Assembly: GCA_964016885.1 (NCBI GenBank)
Contig: CAXHJY010000905.1
Span: 1-64,000, forward strand
DNA length: 64,000 nucleotides
From: Eledone cirrhosa
Taxonomy: Eukaryota
Direction: 5' to 3'
Part shown: one piece after another, positions 1 through 14,350 of the stretch
Position numbering within the stretch: the stretch's first letter is position 1
Layout: every line of letters begins with the position of its first letter
The notes under the pieces: generated by a model
The model's database searches: none
Told to the model about the DNA's origin: nothing
What the model saw: only the letters and a program-made list of their open reading frames with translations
Program-made: the position numbers and the translations under genes

Positions 1-334
1 AGGAATATTATATCTAGATACACATTCTCCACACACACAGTTATTCATATATATGTGATGTATATATTATATATATATTTTTGTATGTCATTATATCTAT
101 GTATATCTAAATATATATATATAAATGTGTATATATATATTTCTGTGTATGTATATAATTATATATATACACATGTATGTACGTATCTATATAACTCTCT
201 CTATATATATATATATAGAGAGAGAGATATATAGATACGTACATACATATGGTGTGTATATATATAATTATATACATACACACACACATATATATATACA
301 CATTTATATACATAGATATAATTATATACAAAAA

Positions 335-400
335 TATACTCTGCTTTGTATTGAATAACTTACTTACTGTGGTTACCTCCGATTCAACCCAGAATAATTT
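335..400 (+). mobile_element. 3' tail fragment of HHR-element family A
   Basis: tatactctgctttgtattgaataacttacttactgtggttacctccgattcaacccagaataa matches the reverse complement of 15852-15916 and resembles 21195-21246; flanked by AT-rich simple repeat. Confidence 0.7.
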
Positions 401-404
401 ACTT

Positions 405-1620
<1,216 letters not shown>

Positions 1621-1977
1621 CATGTACAGCATATCTATCTAACATCTAGAATCATATATCCAACATAGATAAAGGAACCTGGTGTTACAATATCAAAAGA
1701 ATATACATACATTCGTCGTAGTGTGTATATTTATTTTGTGCCGGTATATACAACCATACAATGCTTAGTAAGCATGCAAGCTTAATGATTAAATCATGAA
1801 GGGGTATATAACAATTATATACAGAAGAATGTAGGGCGGTGCTCTTTTATAAATCTCTATATTATTGTAATAATAGAAAAATATTATTTATAATGATTCA
1901 CTAAATACGTCCGATTGCCACGAGGCAGGTATACTTATGCATACATATGTATCTATACACACACACTCACACACACG

Positions 1978-2024
<47 letters not shown>

Positions 2025-2043
2025 TATATATACATGTAGTCTT

Positions 2044-2093
<50 letters not shown>

Positions 2094-2181
2094 CACACAC
2101 AAGTTTGCGCAAGTATACCTACATCAATTTATGCATTCGTATACATACATACATACATACATACATGTTTGCACGCAAGCC

Positions 2182-2281
<100 letters not shown>

Positions 2282-2350
2282 CATACATACATACATACAT
2301 ACATACAATAGTTTGCACACGTGTATGTACATAAATTTGTGCATTTAACG

Positions 2351-2381
<31 letters not shown>

Positions 2382-2629
2382 TCACACATATATACCTGAG
2401 TTTACGTATGTATGTATGATTACGTATTAAGCGAAGATGAAAATGTTGAATAACAAAATATGCTTACACAGGAAATAGACAATAATCTAACCCACCTCCA
2501 CACATAGACACACCACATAAACACACACACTGCCACATACTCACTGTTTCCAGTTGAATATCTGTGGCCATGCCGTGGCAACAGACGTATTATTTAGTTC
2601 AGTCTAGTACATATTTTTAACGATCTATA

Positions 2630-3130
2630 TTTAACGAATTGTTAAAATATTCCTTTCCTATTTGTATTTCCTTTGAAATTCACATCATTTATGTGTTTAA
2701 TTACTTAGGAAATATTCAAGAATTTGGAAGGATTTAATAATATTAACTTTCTGCTCATTAATTTGGTGCTTAGAACGTAAATTAATGTTTCTTACATAAA
2801 ATTATGATGGAAGTTTTTCTTAGATAAATTTAACACTTTAACCATTAACTGTTTATATTTTATTAGAGATAAGGACAGAGTTTATTCTTGTTCTTGATTA
2901 TTTCGAAAATAATCAAGAATTTGGAAGAATTTATTATTAAAACTAAGCTAGTGTTCTCTGTTACGCTAGTGTTTGGAACTTAGAAAAGTTTCTTACATAA
3001 AATTACGATGGAAGATTTTTCAGATAAATATAATCTTCCAAATCTTTTATTACCATATTTATAATGAAACACAGCCTATATTGTTGAAATAATTTTAAAA
3101 GTTTAGAATATTTTTTTTTACCATAGTACT
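2630..3130 (-). repeat. About 3 diverged units of an AT-rich ~175-bp repeat family
   Basis: Recurrent blocks (caagaatttggaag, ttcttacataaaattatgatggaag) are reverse complements of blocks in the 25400-27130 array. Confidence 0.6.
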
Positions 3131-3641
3131 AACGGTAGTTGCAAGCAGTTTGGTATTAAATGGGTTACAGATTTTGACACAACACCGCTAACATTTTTTT
3201 AAGAGAGCACCGTATCTTTTAATAAACACACCCTTGGATATAAACACAAGCACACACACGCATGTGGTTGCATGGTATTCTGTTACGAAATGAAAAAGAG
3301 CAAGAATTAAGGTAAATTATTCAATATATGCAGTAGAGAAAGTAAATTATTATATTGGTTTGTGACTCTTACGGCACTAGATCTGTTTCTTTCGATTAAG
3401 AAAACTAATCCTGTAAATTTGATCTTTAAAAAAAATTATATACTCTTTTACCTGTTCCAGCCAACCGACTGAGGCCATGCATGTATATATGATATATGTA
3501 TATATGTAAAAAGTAAACAAATAACAACGCAAACGACACAGTTCAATGAAGAAATATATAATATATATAATATAGATAAATGTATATATATATACATAAA
3601 ATATATATAAATATATATACATATGTACATTTATAGTATAT

Positions 3642-3694
<53 letters not shown>

Positions 3695-3705
3695 GTACAT
3701 TTATA

Positions 3706-3749
<44 letters not shown>

Positions 3750-3848
3750 CGGTTTCGATTTTTATGATTTTATATACAAACAAAGTATAAGAAATATGTA
3801 AGGATACCGCCTGTGGAAAACGACCCACGCACCTGCTGTGTATATATA

Positions 3849-3950
3849 CAGGGTGTGCTTCAAAAATGTATACACACTTTGATTACCTGTACAGGCAATA
3901 TTTATTAGAATGCCGTTGAAGTGTGTATATATTTTTGCGGGGACACGCTG
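3849..3950. mobile_element. Tc1/mariner-type MITE
   Basis: TIRs cagggtgt..aaaatgtatacacactt / aagtgtgtatatatttt..gacacgctg with TA on both sides; same family at 45426 and 55762. Confidence 0.75.
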
Positions 3951-4340
3951 TATATATATCCAGAAAAAAATTGCAGTCATTTCGAAATTTCAGCGAATGT
4001 TTCTTCATTAGTTAAAAGTGGCACTCTCTGAAATTTCGATGTCACTGTTACAGGGAAGACCTCTACATCAGCTAAGTACTTAATACATGTTTAGGTGCAT
4101 TATAGATAGAGAGGTATCTGCCTTTTTTTATTTTGACCATTGCTTGTCATACTAAACCTCTATAACATATTTACCCTGTCACCGATGTAGTATAATGTGG
4201 TGTGGTGTTGTATGCTTCTCTCCCCTTCATACCCGAATGGGAATTTGAATGGGGAGTAAATATCCTTGAGTCCTCAAATATATCTCGACAGACCTGTGGT
4301 CTTGTTCTCTCCATCACACATGAAAGTGGACTTTATTGAC

Positions 4341-4757
4341 CAACAAATACCGTTTGCTGCAGCTCTTCAACAGCATTATAATCGCAACTGCCATATATGC
4401 TAGTAGAACCTGTAAAATGACTTACAAAATTCTAAAGAAGCTCAACGTTTTCCAACAAAAAAAAAAAAGATGCCTAAGAAAAATCCTGAAAATCACTTAT
4501 CGAGACCGTCTGAACTGGCTGGACACATTCTGCGCATGTCTGAGTACCGGAACCTCTCTGTGGCAATGAGATGGATCCCAGTCGGTGGCAAGCGGAAAAA
4601 AGGGAGACCCAAGAAAGCCTGGCGCTCAACTTTCAAAGAAGATCTCCAGAGAATTGGGCTGGACTAGGAAACTAAGTACGATGCCGCAGCTGATGATGTA
4701 AATTGGAGAAGACACATTACCCAATATGCCCCTGGGCATAGGAGGACCTAAGACTAA
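4341..4757 (+). mobile_element. RTE-clade LINE, 5'-truncated and degenerate (C-terminal ORF remnant)
   Basis: Across frameshifts: KKLNVFQQK..CLRKILKITYRDR..GHILRM..AMRWIPVGGKRKKGRPKKAWRSTFKEDL, typical of the RTE C-terminus; ends in (ctaaga)2. Confidence 0.85.
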
Positions 4758-4884
4758 GAGTCCCCAAATATATTTCGACAGAACTATGGTGTTATTCTTT
4801 CCTTCACACCTGAAAGTGGACTTGATTGACTAAAAATATATTTTAGTCCCCTAATATATCTTGATAAATTTGTGGTGTTTTGTG

Positions 4885-5005
4885 GAGGCATGTGGATTAG
4901 AAATTAAGTTATTCGGTTCGCGATCTTACGATCAGGTGTTCGATTCCTGCCTGCCCGCACCAGGCATGACATTGTTTCCTTGAGAAAGCCATGACACTGT
5001 ATTTT
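4885..5005 (+). mobile_element. Degenerate tRNA-derived SINE head (type 2)
   Basis: ggcatgtggattag..gttcgattcctg..tgtttccttgagaaagcc resembles 35856-35960. Confidence 0.55.
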
Positions 5006-5199
5006 TCCGTAACTCTGGTTGTCTGAGGACTTATCAACCCTTTCTAATATATTAACAATATCGAAAGCTCTAGTTACAGAACAGGATAAACTAAGTTGTT
5101 GCTGAGGTGCCTCTCGTTTCTTCACACCAGGACGCGGAGTCCTCCTTAGAACACCTGAAGATAGATTTACACCGAAGGAAACGGTTCCTGAAATAACTC

Positions 5200-5700
5200 G
5201 CTCTCTTTCTCTTTTCTCACCTCTTTCTCTTTTCTCACCTCTTTCTCTTTTCTCACCTCTTTCTCTCTCGTTTCCTACCCTTCTCTCTCTCGTTTCCTAC
5301 CCCTCTCTCTCTCGTTTCCTACCCCTCTCTCTCTCTTCCACCTCTCTCACTCTTTCACCTCTCTCACTCTTTCACCTCTCTCACTCTCTCTCTTCCACCT
5401 CTCTCACTCTCTCTCTCTTCCACCTCTCTCACTCTCTCTCTCTTCCACCTCTCTCACTCTCTCTCTTCCACCTCTCTCACTCTCTCTTCCACCTCTCTCA
5501 CTCTCTCTCTTCCACCTCTCTCACTCTCTCTCTTCCACCTCTCTCACTCTCTCTCTTCCACCTCTCTCACTCTCTCTCTTCCACCTCTCTCACTCTCTCT
5601 CTCTTCCACCTCTCTCACTCTCTCTCTTCCACCTCTCTCTCTCTTTCCCACCTCTCTCACTCTTTCTCTCTTTTCCCCCTCTCTCACCCCCCCCCCCCCC
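5200..5700. repeat. CT-rich minisatellite (ctctcactctctctcttccac)n
   Basis: Direct tandem repetition. Confidence 0.9.
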
Positions 5701-5868
5701 ATCTCTAGTTCTCTCATTATGGTATTTATTTCAGATTTTTCTCGCAACACACTTGGAATGTAACTCCAGTTCTGTAAACAATTACTTTACTTAGAAATTT
5801 ACCTTAAGTTGACAGTTTTGAAATTGCTTTTAGTTTCACGAGCTCTACGAATTAAAACACACACATAT

Positions 5869-5929
<61 letters not shown>

Positions 5930-5998
5930 GTATACATATATATCATGTGTATATGTGTGTGTATATATATATATATATATAAGTATACACATATATAA

Positions 5999-6038
<40 letters not shown>

Positions 6039-6384
6039 AAAAATTGAACGGGAACAAAACAGAGGCAGTACGAACAAAGGTTTATTAGTTTCACGCTATA
6101 TCTATATATATATATATATATATAATATATATATATATATACGTATATATAGATATAGATATATATAATTATATATATATAGATATATACACACACACAC
6201 ACACATATATATACGTATATATAGATATATATATAGATATATACACACACACACACATATATATATATATACATATATATATATACATATATATATATAC
6301 ATACATATACATATATACATATACATATATATATATACATACATATACATATATATATATATATTTATATATATATATATGTAT

Positions 6385-6425
<41 letters not shown>

Positions 6426-6451
6426 CATACATATATATATATATACATACA

Positions 6452-6575
<124 letters not shown>

Positions 6576-6582
6576 TATATAC

Positions 6583-6619
<37 letters not shown>

Positions 6620-6734
6620 CATACATATATATATATATATATACATACATATATATACATATATATACATACATATATATATATATATATACATACATAT
6701 ATATATATATATATACACACACATATATATATAT

Positions 6735-6775
<41 letters not shown>

Positions 6776-7119
6776 TACTGACATTCCTCGAGCAGCAAAT
6801 GTAGCTGACTTTGACAGTGTTTTTCTTTGAATAATTGTTGTTGTGCAGATCTATGATCAAAAACATTCTAGACGCTGCCATTCCAACTTATTTTTTCTCT
6901 TACATTCTTTCTAGACCGACATTACTCAATGTGTCTTGGCAGACTGATTTAGTTGCTATTTCTAGCAGATAGTACAACCACTTAGGCACTACACTTTCGT
7001 CTATTGGTATAGACTACCACAGTGGTTCCCAACGTGGGAGCAATTTGAATAATCAAGGGGGTCAATTTGAAAATGATGTTAATGAGAACAAACTTTAGGT
7101 TTTACTTTATTACTTTTGC

Positions 7120-7540
7120 ACTAAGGCAACTTTGGGACAAATTACTCTCGGAAACTCCTGTCTCACCTCCTCCTCACAGGTACATCTGGTATCACCTATA
7201 CCAAGGTATCTTTGGTAGACATTACTGTCGGAAACTCCTGTCTCACCTCCTCCACATATTATTGTACATCTGACACCACCTATACCAAGGTAACTTTGGT
7301 AGACATTACTATCAGAAACTTCTGTCTCACCTTCTCCACATGTTATTGTACACCTGACATCACCTATACCAAGGCAACTTTGGTAGACATTACTATCAGA
7401 AACTCCTGTCTCATCTCCTCCACACATGTTATTGTACATCTGGTATCATCTATACCAAGGCAACTTTGGTAGACATTACTGTCGGGAACTCTTGTCTCAC
7501 TTCCTCCATACATCTTATTGTACCTCTGGCATCAACCATA
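7120..7540. repeat. ~84-bp tandem repeat, 5 copies
   Basis: Unit ccaaggcaactttggtagacattact..aaactcctgtctcacctcctccaca..ttattgtacatctgg..tcacctata starts near 7122, 7201, 7285, 7369 and 7455. Confidence 0.9.
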
Positions 7541-7560
7541 CGCCAATTTCTTTTACTTTT

Positions 7561-7897
7561 TCCAAGTTCCGGTCTCTCTCCGATAGGTTCGTGGTCGTGT
7601 CCTTGGCCCTAGGGCTACCTCCCTACTCACCACCATAGGCGCTGAGCTGGCCAGCCGATGGTGTGAGCCTCGCGAGTTGGAATGGCTCTTCCAGCACATC
7701 TCCCTTACCATCCTCCGGAGAAACGCCTTCTCCATTCTGTCCGCCGGGGCCGTGGGGAGGCCAGCACATGGGACCCCATTTGCTCACCATACGGAGAGAT
7801 GGGGAGGGCGAGAGAGATGGAGGCGATGACAGTGGGAGTTCGGCTCTTCCACGTTCGGACCATATCCTTGTGGTTGTGTTCATTGAGCAGTTAATGA
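7561..7897 (+). mobile_element. CRE-like non-LTR retrotransposon 3' fragment (end of the restriction-like endonuclease region plus putative 3' UTR)
   Basis: SKFRSLSDRF, then a frameshift to 7593-7829 GRVLGPRATSLLTTIGAELASRWCEPRELEWLFQHISLTILRRNAFSILSAG, resembling the CRE-type C-terminus (..GxLGP..LFQRISxAIxRGNA.SIL). This frame is not in the ORF track. Confidence 0.7.
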
Positions 7898-8289
7898 CTC
7901 TTTCCTTGTCACCAGGAAGGAACCTTTTAATTTGTTTACACTTTGATCATCACTGTTTATATATCAAAGTGGGGCATAAAGATATTTGAGATGTTGAGGT
8001 GAGGCATGGGGCACAAAGGGTTGGGAACCACTGGTCTACAGTATTTATGTGTGGCCCAAATATCCCTCTCTTCTTCCCTCCCTTTCCCCTTTATCCATTC
8101 ATGCTTCCATCATTCGGCCCTTAACTCCTGCTGGAGGCGTTGGAGCACCGTCGTTATATACGGTGTGCCCTGGGCTTACAACCCTGGCGGAGCCCATCCC
8201 TCTCCAGGTCTAAATACTCTCCAGAAAAAAGGGGGTAGGGGAATCTACCCTCAGTACAAGAATCGTACTTTATTTATCAGCCTCAAAAG

Positions 8290-8504
8290 GACGGTGGATT
8301 GACAGTATCAGTAGAGGGTCGGACGCCATGCTTTGCAGCATAGAGTTACGTTCCTTTACGGTCTGAGTTCAAATCCTGCCGAGGTTAACTTTGCCTTTCA
8401 TCCTTACGGGGTCGATAAAATAAAGTACCAGTTACGCACTGGGGTCGATTTAATCGACTTTCCCCTCTCTTAAAATGACTGGCCTTGTGCCTATATAAGA
8501 AAAC
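8290..8504 (+). mobile_element. tRNA-derived SINE (type 1, long-tail form), full length with TSD
   Basis: B-box-like gagttcaaatcc and body gaggttaactttgcctttcatccttacggggtcgataaaataaagtaccag; perfect 18-bp direct repeat atttatcagcctcaaaag at 8272-8289 and 8505-8522. Confidence 0.9.
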
Positions 8505-8720
8505 ATTTATCAGCCTCAAAAGAATGAAAAGCAAATTTGTCCGCGGCGAGATTTGAACTCAAGAGCCACAGAAAGCCAAATGAAAAATACTACAAAGCAT
8601 TCTTCTATCCGACATTTTAACCACTGTGCTACTTCGTCACCTAGTCTGCCATGATACCCCATGGTATAATCTCTAACGGCCATTTGTACTCTGAGTTTGG
8701 CTACAATGTCTTACTGGAAT

Positions 8721-8936
8721 TGGTTTCTGATATAGGCACAGGGCCAACAATTTGGGGGGAGAGCAAAGTCGATTAAATCAATCTTAGTGCATTACTGGTA
8801 TTTTATTTTATCGATCTCGTAAGGATGAAAGGTAAAGCTAAACTCGGCGGGATTTGAACTCAGAACATAAAGGGCTTAACTCTATGTCACAAGTATGTTG
8901 TCCGATGCTCCACCGATTCTATTAATCCACTGCCCT
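8721..8936 (-). mobile_element. SINE type 1
   Basis: Reverse complement of the 8290 consensus (ctggtattttattttatcga..gatgaaaggtaaag..ggatttgaactcag). Confidence 0.85.
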
Positions 8937-9048
8937 TATATATTGATTAATATCAAGAAATGACTTCCATTAGATATTTACATTTGCACGGAAACGAAAT
9001 TTGAAGTAAACAGTATTTCGGTAGTTTTAAAATATATACATGGATGCG

Positions 9049-9095
<47 letters not shown>

Positions 9096-9096
<1 letters not shown>

Positions 9097-9218
9097 CCCC
9101 GAGGCTGAGCTCCGGCCATCGGAGTCCTGAGTCTTTTCCTGTTACCCACTCTACTACCCTAAGTATCGAGTACTCTGGTGCGTTATGGTCCACCTCGTTC
9201 CTTACCACACTTCCTTCG

Positions 9219-9220
<2 letters not shown>
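9096..9220 (+). mobile_element. HHR-element family B fragment between (TA)n tracts
   Basis: Tail aagtatcgagtactctggtgcgttatggtccacctcgttccttaccac matches 15773-15820 and 37550-37597. Confidence 0.75.
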
Positions 9221-9291
<71 letters not shown>

Positions 9292-9389
9292 TGATGAAAT
9301 ACCAATGATCGTTGGCAAATCACTGATGAGGGACTAATTTTATAATATGTAATCCATGTGCAACCATGCAGTATTTTTCTCCCCATGTT

Positions 9390-9432
<43 letters not shown>

Positions 9433-9476
9433 TATATATATATATATATATATATTCATATATATATATATATATA

Positions 9477-9577
<101 letters not shown>

Positions 9578-9820
9578 GTGTGTGTGTGTTTTCTGAACCA
9601 AAGCGGTGCCCCAGCATGGCCGCAGAAACAAGTAAAAGAATAAATACACACACACGCGCACACACAGTCACATAGGCACACAAGCATGACACAGAGCGAG
9701 GATGATCATGAGGGAGAGAATGTGTGTGTGTATATGAATGTGTGTGTGAGTCTGTGTGAAAAATGTATGAAAGTGTGTGTGCGTGTGTGTTTTAATGTTT
9801 GTATGTGCGTGAATATGTGT

Positions 9821-10468
9821 GTGATAATGTATGTCAGAGTGTGTGTGTGTTTTAATGTATGTCAAAGAGTGTGTTTTAATGTATCTGTATTTGTGTGTGT
9901 GTGTCTGTTAATGTATTTCTGTGTGTGTTAGTGTATCTGTGTATATGTGTGTGTGATAATGTATGTCAGAGTGTGTGTGTGTTTTAATGTATGTCAAAGA
10001 GTGTGTTTTAATGTATCTGTATTTGTGTGTGTGTCTGTTAATGTATTTCTGTGTGTGTTAGTGTATCTGTGTATATGTGTGTGTGATAATGTATGTCAGA
10101 GTGTGTGTGTGTTTTAATGTATGTCAAAGAGTGTGTTTTAATGTATCTGTATTTGTGTGTGTGTCTGTTAATGTATTTCTGTGTGTGTTAGTGTATCTGT
10201 GTATATGTGTGTGTGATAATGTATGTCAGAGTGTGTGTGTGTTTTAATGTATGTCAAAGAGTGTGTTTTAATGTATCTGTATTTGTGTGTGTGTCTGTTA
10301 ATGTATTTCTGTGTGTGTTAGTGTATCTGTGTATATGTGTGTGTGATAATGTATGTCAGAGTGTGTGTGTGTTTTAATGTATGTCAAAGAGTGTGTTTTA
10401 ATGTATCTGTATTTGTGTGTGTGTCTGTTAATGTATTTCTGTGTGTGTTAGTGTATCTGTGTATATGT
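9821..10468. repeat. 130-bp GT-rich tandem repeat, 5 near-identical copies
   Basis: gataatgtatgtcagag recurs at 9823, 9955, 10085, 10215 and 10345. Confidence 0.93.
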
Positions 10469-10719
10469 GAGAGAGAGAGAGAGAGAGAGGGAGACGCTCT
10501 GCTGTCTGTCGTCCATGTTAGCTCTCCTACATTATCAGTTGACATCGTCAGCCAATCTCGATGAAGTTGGGAGGAGAAGGATGAGAAGAAGGAGGACGAG
10601 GAGAAATGTTAGAAAGAAGTCACCCCCCCCTCCCTTCCTCGTTCAGACATCGGACATTATCAAATAACACAGACTGTTATATAAATCTCTTGTTTAGTGC
10701 CATCATACAGAATAAATAC

Positions 10720-11005
10720 CTTGTGGTGTTTAATCAGGTCGAGCTCCTTTACGTAACGAGTTCAAATCCCGCCCAGGTCAATCAACTTCGTCTTTCATCT
10801 TACCGAGGTCGATAAAATAATTGTTTCTACTTTTGGCACAAGGCCAGCAATTATCGCAGTGTATTACTGGTACTTTATTTTATCGACCGTGTAAGAATGA
10901 AAGGCAAAGTTAACCTCGGCGGGATTTGAACTTAGAATGGCAAGGGCCGTAACTCTGTGCGCCAAAGCATGGCGTCCGACCCTCTACTGATACTGCCAAT
11001 CCATG
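10720..11005. mobile_element. Two type 1 SINEs tail-to-tail (+ partial to ~10818; - copy 10819-11005)
   Basis: gagttcaaatcccgcc on the plus strand, followed by the reverse-complement consensus. Confidence 0.8.
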
Positions 11006-11119
11006 TACCAGTGAAATACTCGAGTTGGATATGATAGATTTTTTCCCTCTTTCCTCCAAAACTGCTGACCAGAAATTACAAACCGCTATTCTTAATATCA
11101 CCGTGTTTGTATTCTTACA

Positions 11120-11550
11120 TTCCATGAATCGTGTAGGCACTCCTACGTACATTTCATATATTGTTGGTGTTGTTTTCTCCATGTACTCTTTCGTACATTC
11201 CGTAGGTACTCCTGCGTACTTTTCCTGTATTGTCGAGGTACCTGCAGGTATTTTTGCTTATATTCCACATTTTATGTTGGTATTCCTGCATACTTTCTAC
11301 GTATTGCGTCAGTGCTCTTAAAATTCACATGTCGAATAGGTACTCTTGCATTCATTATATGTAGGTACTCCAGTGTGCATTCTATTTAGGTACTCCAGCG
11401 TACATTCCACGTATCGTGTCTGTGTTCTCACATTTCACGTATTCTTGTAGGTACTCCTGCGTACAATCCATATATTGTCGATGTTTTTCTCCAGGTACTT
11501 CCACGTATTGGCAATATATTATGTAGATACCATTGCTTACATTCCACGCA
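11120..11550. repeat. Degenerate minisatellite (gtaggtactcctgcgtacattccacgtatt-like)
   Basis: gtaggtactcc and tacattccac motifs recur about 8-10 times. Confidence 0.7.
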
Positions 11551-11587
11551 TATCGTCCAGAGAGTCATGTCCCGTTTGAAGTATATA

Positions 11588-11746
11588 CCGTATTTCCCGG
11601 CGTCCAAGACGCTACTTTTTTTCCCTAAAATAAGTCTAAAAAAAATCTACCATGCGTCCTAGAGGCCGAAGGTTGTTTATTATTTTTGGTTGTTAAAATA
11701 GGGTGCGTCCTTGAGGCCGAAGCCTCTTCGGCGCCTGGAAATACAG
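11588..11746. mobile_element. Tc1/mariner-superfamily (Tc2/pogo-like) MITE
   Basis: TIRs ccgtatttcccggcg / cgcctggaaatacag, TA on both sides, internal gcgtcc..gaggccgaag repeats. Confidence 0.75.
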
Positions 11747-13234
11747 TAATTAAAATATGATTATGAAAGGAGATACTTTACTATGTATTAACATATATTA
11801 AAATGTAGCTATGAAACAACATTTTTGTCAACATTTAGAAACTGTAATTGCTATTTTATGCATATCTTTTTTTTTTCTTCGAAATTAGCTGCTAGAGTCC
11901 CTTAGCTGCTTTAAACCAATTCCGTTTTGATGTGGGTGTAGACTTTGTTTTAGAGGTCGTCATAGAACTATGGAATCCCAGCATAGTTCTATGTGTAGGA
12001 CTGCATTCATGTACTTGTAATCTTTCATAGGGTTTCCTGCGAGCAGATAATGTGGGCCCCGAATGTTCTCTAACCTAGGGCCTCTTAGTTGTTTTAATCC
12101 TGTCCACTCATGTCTTCGTTGCTATGTAAACAAACAAGTCACGTGCAGAAGATCGATTGTAACTCTTGATTGTGTCAACTGTCCTGTGATCGTGTGTGTT
12201 TGTGTGTTTGTCGTTATGAGTGTTTGTGTGTCTGTGTGTGTGTGTGTCTTTATGTGTGTGTTTGTCTGTATGTGTCTGTGTGTGTGTGTCTTTGTGTGTT
12301 TGTGTGTGTGTCTTTGTGTGTGTTTGTGTGTATATTTATGTGTGTGTTTGCGTGCCTGTGTCTTTGTATGATTGTGTGTTTAAGTTTGTGTGTGTGTGTA
12401 TATGGCTCAATTTTGTTTTGTTTGTTTTCCAAGCTAAAAATATCTCTTTAGATTGAAAATATTCCTCACCCTCTGCTCTGTAGGGTCAGTTATCTTGCTA
12501 GAAATAGCAGTCCAATCGCCATCATGTCACGCATTATTGCTTTAAAAAACGACACTGGACAATATAATCTGTATAGACGAAAAAAAAAAAAAAAAAAAAA
12601 ACATCAGAAAATCAGGATGGCCACGGATAGGATGTTTTTGATCATCAATCTACTCCAGTCATAGGTAAATTGTGGCCCGTCTGGCTTTCTGAATGGTACG
12701 CTTAATTCCAAACTTGTTTTGAATGTTTTTTTAGTAGTATTAGCGGCCTTATTATGAGCCACACCCTATGCGGCCAATTTTTCGAAAAAGGTTGCCCATG
12801 CCTGGTCTATTCCATTGGGGCGACCCATGACTTAGAAAGAAACCTGTCCCTATATTTACTTCCTCTTTTTACCATGATTCTCCTCTTCCCACAAACTCTC
12901 ACCCTCCTTGTCTCCCTTCTTCTCCTCCTTCTCTCTCGTGCCATCTCCCTCACTCTATCTCTCTTTCCACCCATTTCCCTCCCTTTCTCTTAGTTTGTAT
13001 ATCTTTCTCTCTATCTTTCTCTCTATCCTTCTCTTCTCCGCCCCTCTCTCTCTATCTTTTGCTATCTCCCTCACTCTATCGTTCTTTCCACCTCTCCCTC
13101 TCTCTTAGTATGTATATCTTTCTCTCTATTCTTCACTCACACTCCTCAGTGCTGTTCATTGTACTCAACAGACTTTCACTCGTTTCTGCTCACGACCCAA
13201 TCCAAGAAACAAACCAGCATGTATCTTATATCTT

Positions 13235-14020
13235 CGTATGGCCATTTAACATGACCCAGTGAATTTGCAACGACCATACTGCAAGGAGCTGTGACGAGTA
13301 GAAGAGAAATGAGATGGTATGGCCTTGTTATAAAACTCAGTGGCTTTGCAAAGACCTTTCTACAAGGATCTATAGAAGATGAGAAAGAAGATGGTACGAC
13401 CTTATGTCAAGAACCAGTGGCTTTGCAAATACATTACTGCAAGGATCTATGGAAAGTGATAAAGAAGATGGTACGACCTTGTGACAAGAACCAGTGGCTG
13501 CAAACACATTACTATAAGGAGCTATGGAAGGTGAGAAAGATGATGGTATGATATTGTGACAAGAACCAGTGGCTTTGCAAAGCTCTTACTACAAGGAACT
13601 CTGGAGAGTGGTAGAAAATCTAAGATGGTATGGTCTTGTAACAAGAGCCAGTGGCTTTGCAAAGCCCTTATTACAAGGAGCTGAGGAAGGTGATAGAAAA
13701 TCTGGGATGGTATGGTCTTATAACAAGAGCCAGTGGCTTTGCAAAGCCCTTATTACAAGGAGCTGAGGAAGGTGATAGAAAATTTGAGAAGGTGTGGCCA
13801 TCAGAATCAAGAATCTGTGGCTTTGCAAAGATCTTGCTACAAGGAACTCTCGAGGGTGGTAAATAGTTGGAGATAGGATGTTTTTTGTGACATGATACTG
13901 TGGCTTTGCAAAGATCTTACTAAAAGGAGAAGAATGGAGGCGTGAGGATAGAAAAAATGATGGAAAGACAGCATCGTTCAGTAGACGGACAAATCCTTAG
14001 CAGTGATCCGAAATCCGGCA
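13235..14020 (+). mobile_element. RTE LINE 3' remnant with a tandemly amplified 76-82-bp segment (about 9 copies)
   Basis: Units translate to LRWYGLVTRASGFAKxxLQGxxEG (RTE C-terminal motif); a degenerate continuation (..WKDSIVQxTDKSL) follows the last unit. Confidence 0.75.
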
Positions 14021-14319
14021 TGTAATTGTGACAGATGGACACTGTAAAACGGCATGTCTCTGTGTGTGTGTGTGTGTGTGTGTGTGCGTACATTAGCAGC
14101 CTTGAGGGTCGCTTATATTTCACACCTGACAGGGATCTATTACCAGCCTTGGGGGTAGACGCTTACATTTCACATCTGGCATCGATATATTACCAATCAA
14201 GGGGCCTGCATTTTGTACTTACATGGGTCTCTTATCAGCCTTGGGAAAAGGCGAGGGGGGGGGGGGTCGCCTATATTTCACATCTGGCCTGGAGGTGTTA
14301 CGAGCTTTGTACCCGCCTA

Positions 14320-14350
<31 letters not shown>

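Larger units (their letters stand above)
7020..8033. mobile_element. hAT (Charlie-like) non-autonomous element with nested cargo
   Basis: 14-bp perfect TIRs cagtggttcccaac (7020-7033) / gttgggaaccactg (8020-8033); flanking 8-mers gactacca / gtctacag match at 5 of 8, consistent with a decayed TSD. Confidence 0.75.

Noticed and set aside
5009-5195. CTGAGGA..GAAAG and CTGAAGA..GAAAT hammerhead-like boxes
   Set aside because: Stem I is not adjacent to the core and stem II pairs poorly; at most a decayed relic.
7553-7989. ORF-track peptides over the GC-rich island read as a host exon
   Set aside because: A different, unlisted plus frame (7593-7829) explains the island as a CRE-like retrotransposon remnant.
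9318-9380. CTGATGAGGGA hammerhead-like start
   Set aside because: No GAAA box or convincing stem I/III follows.
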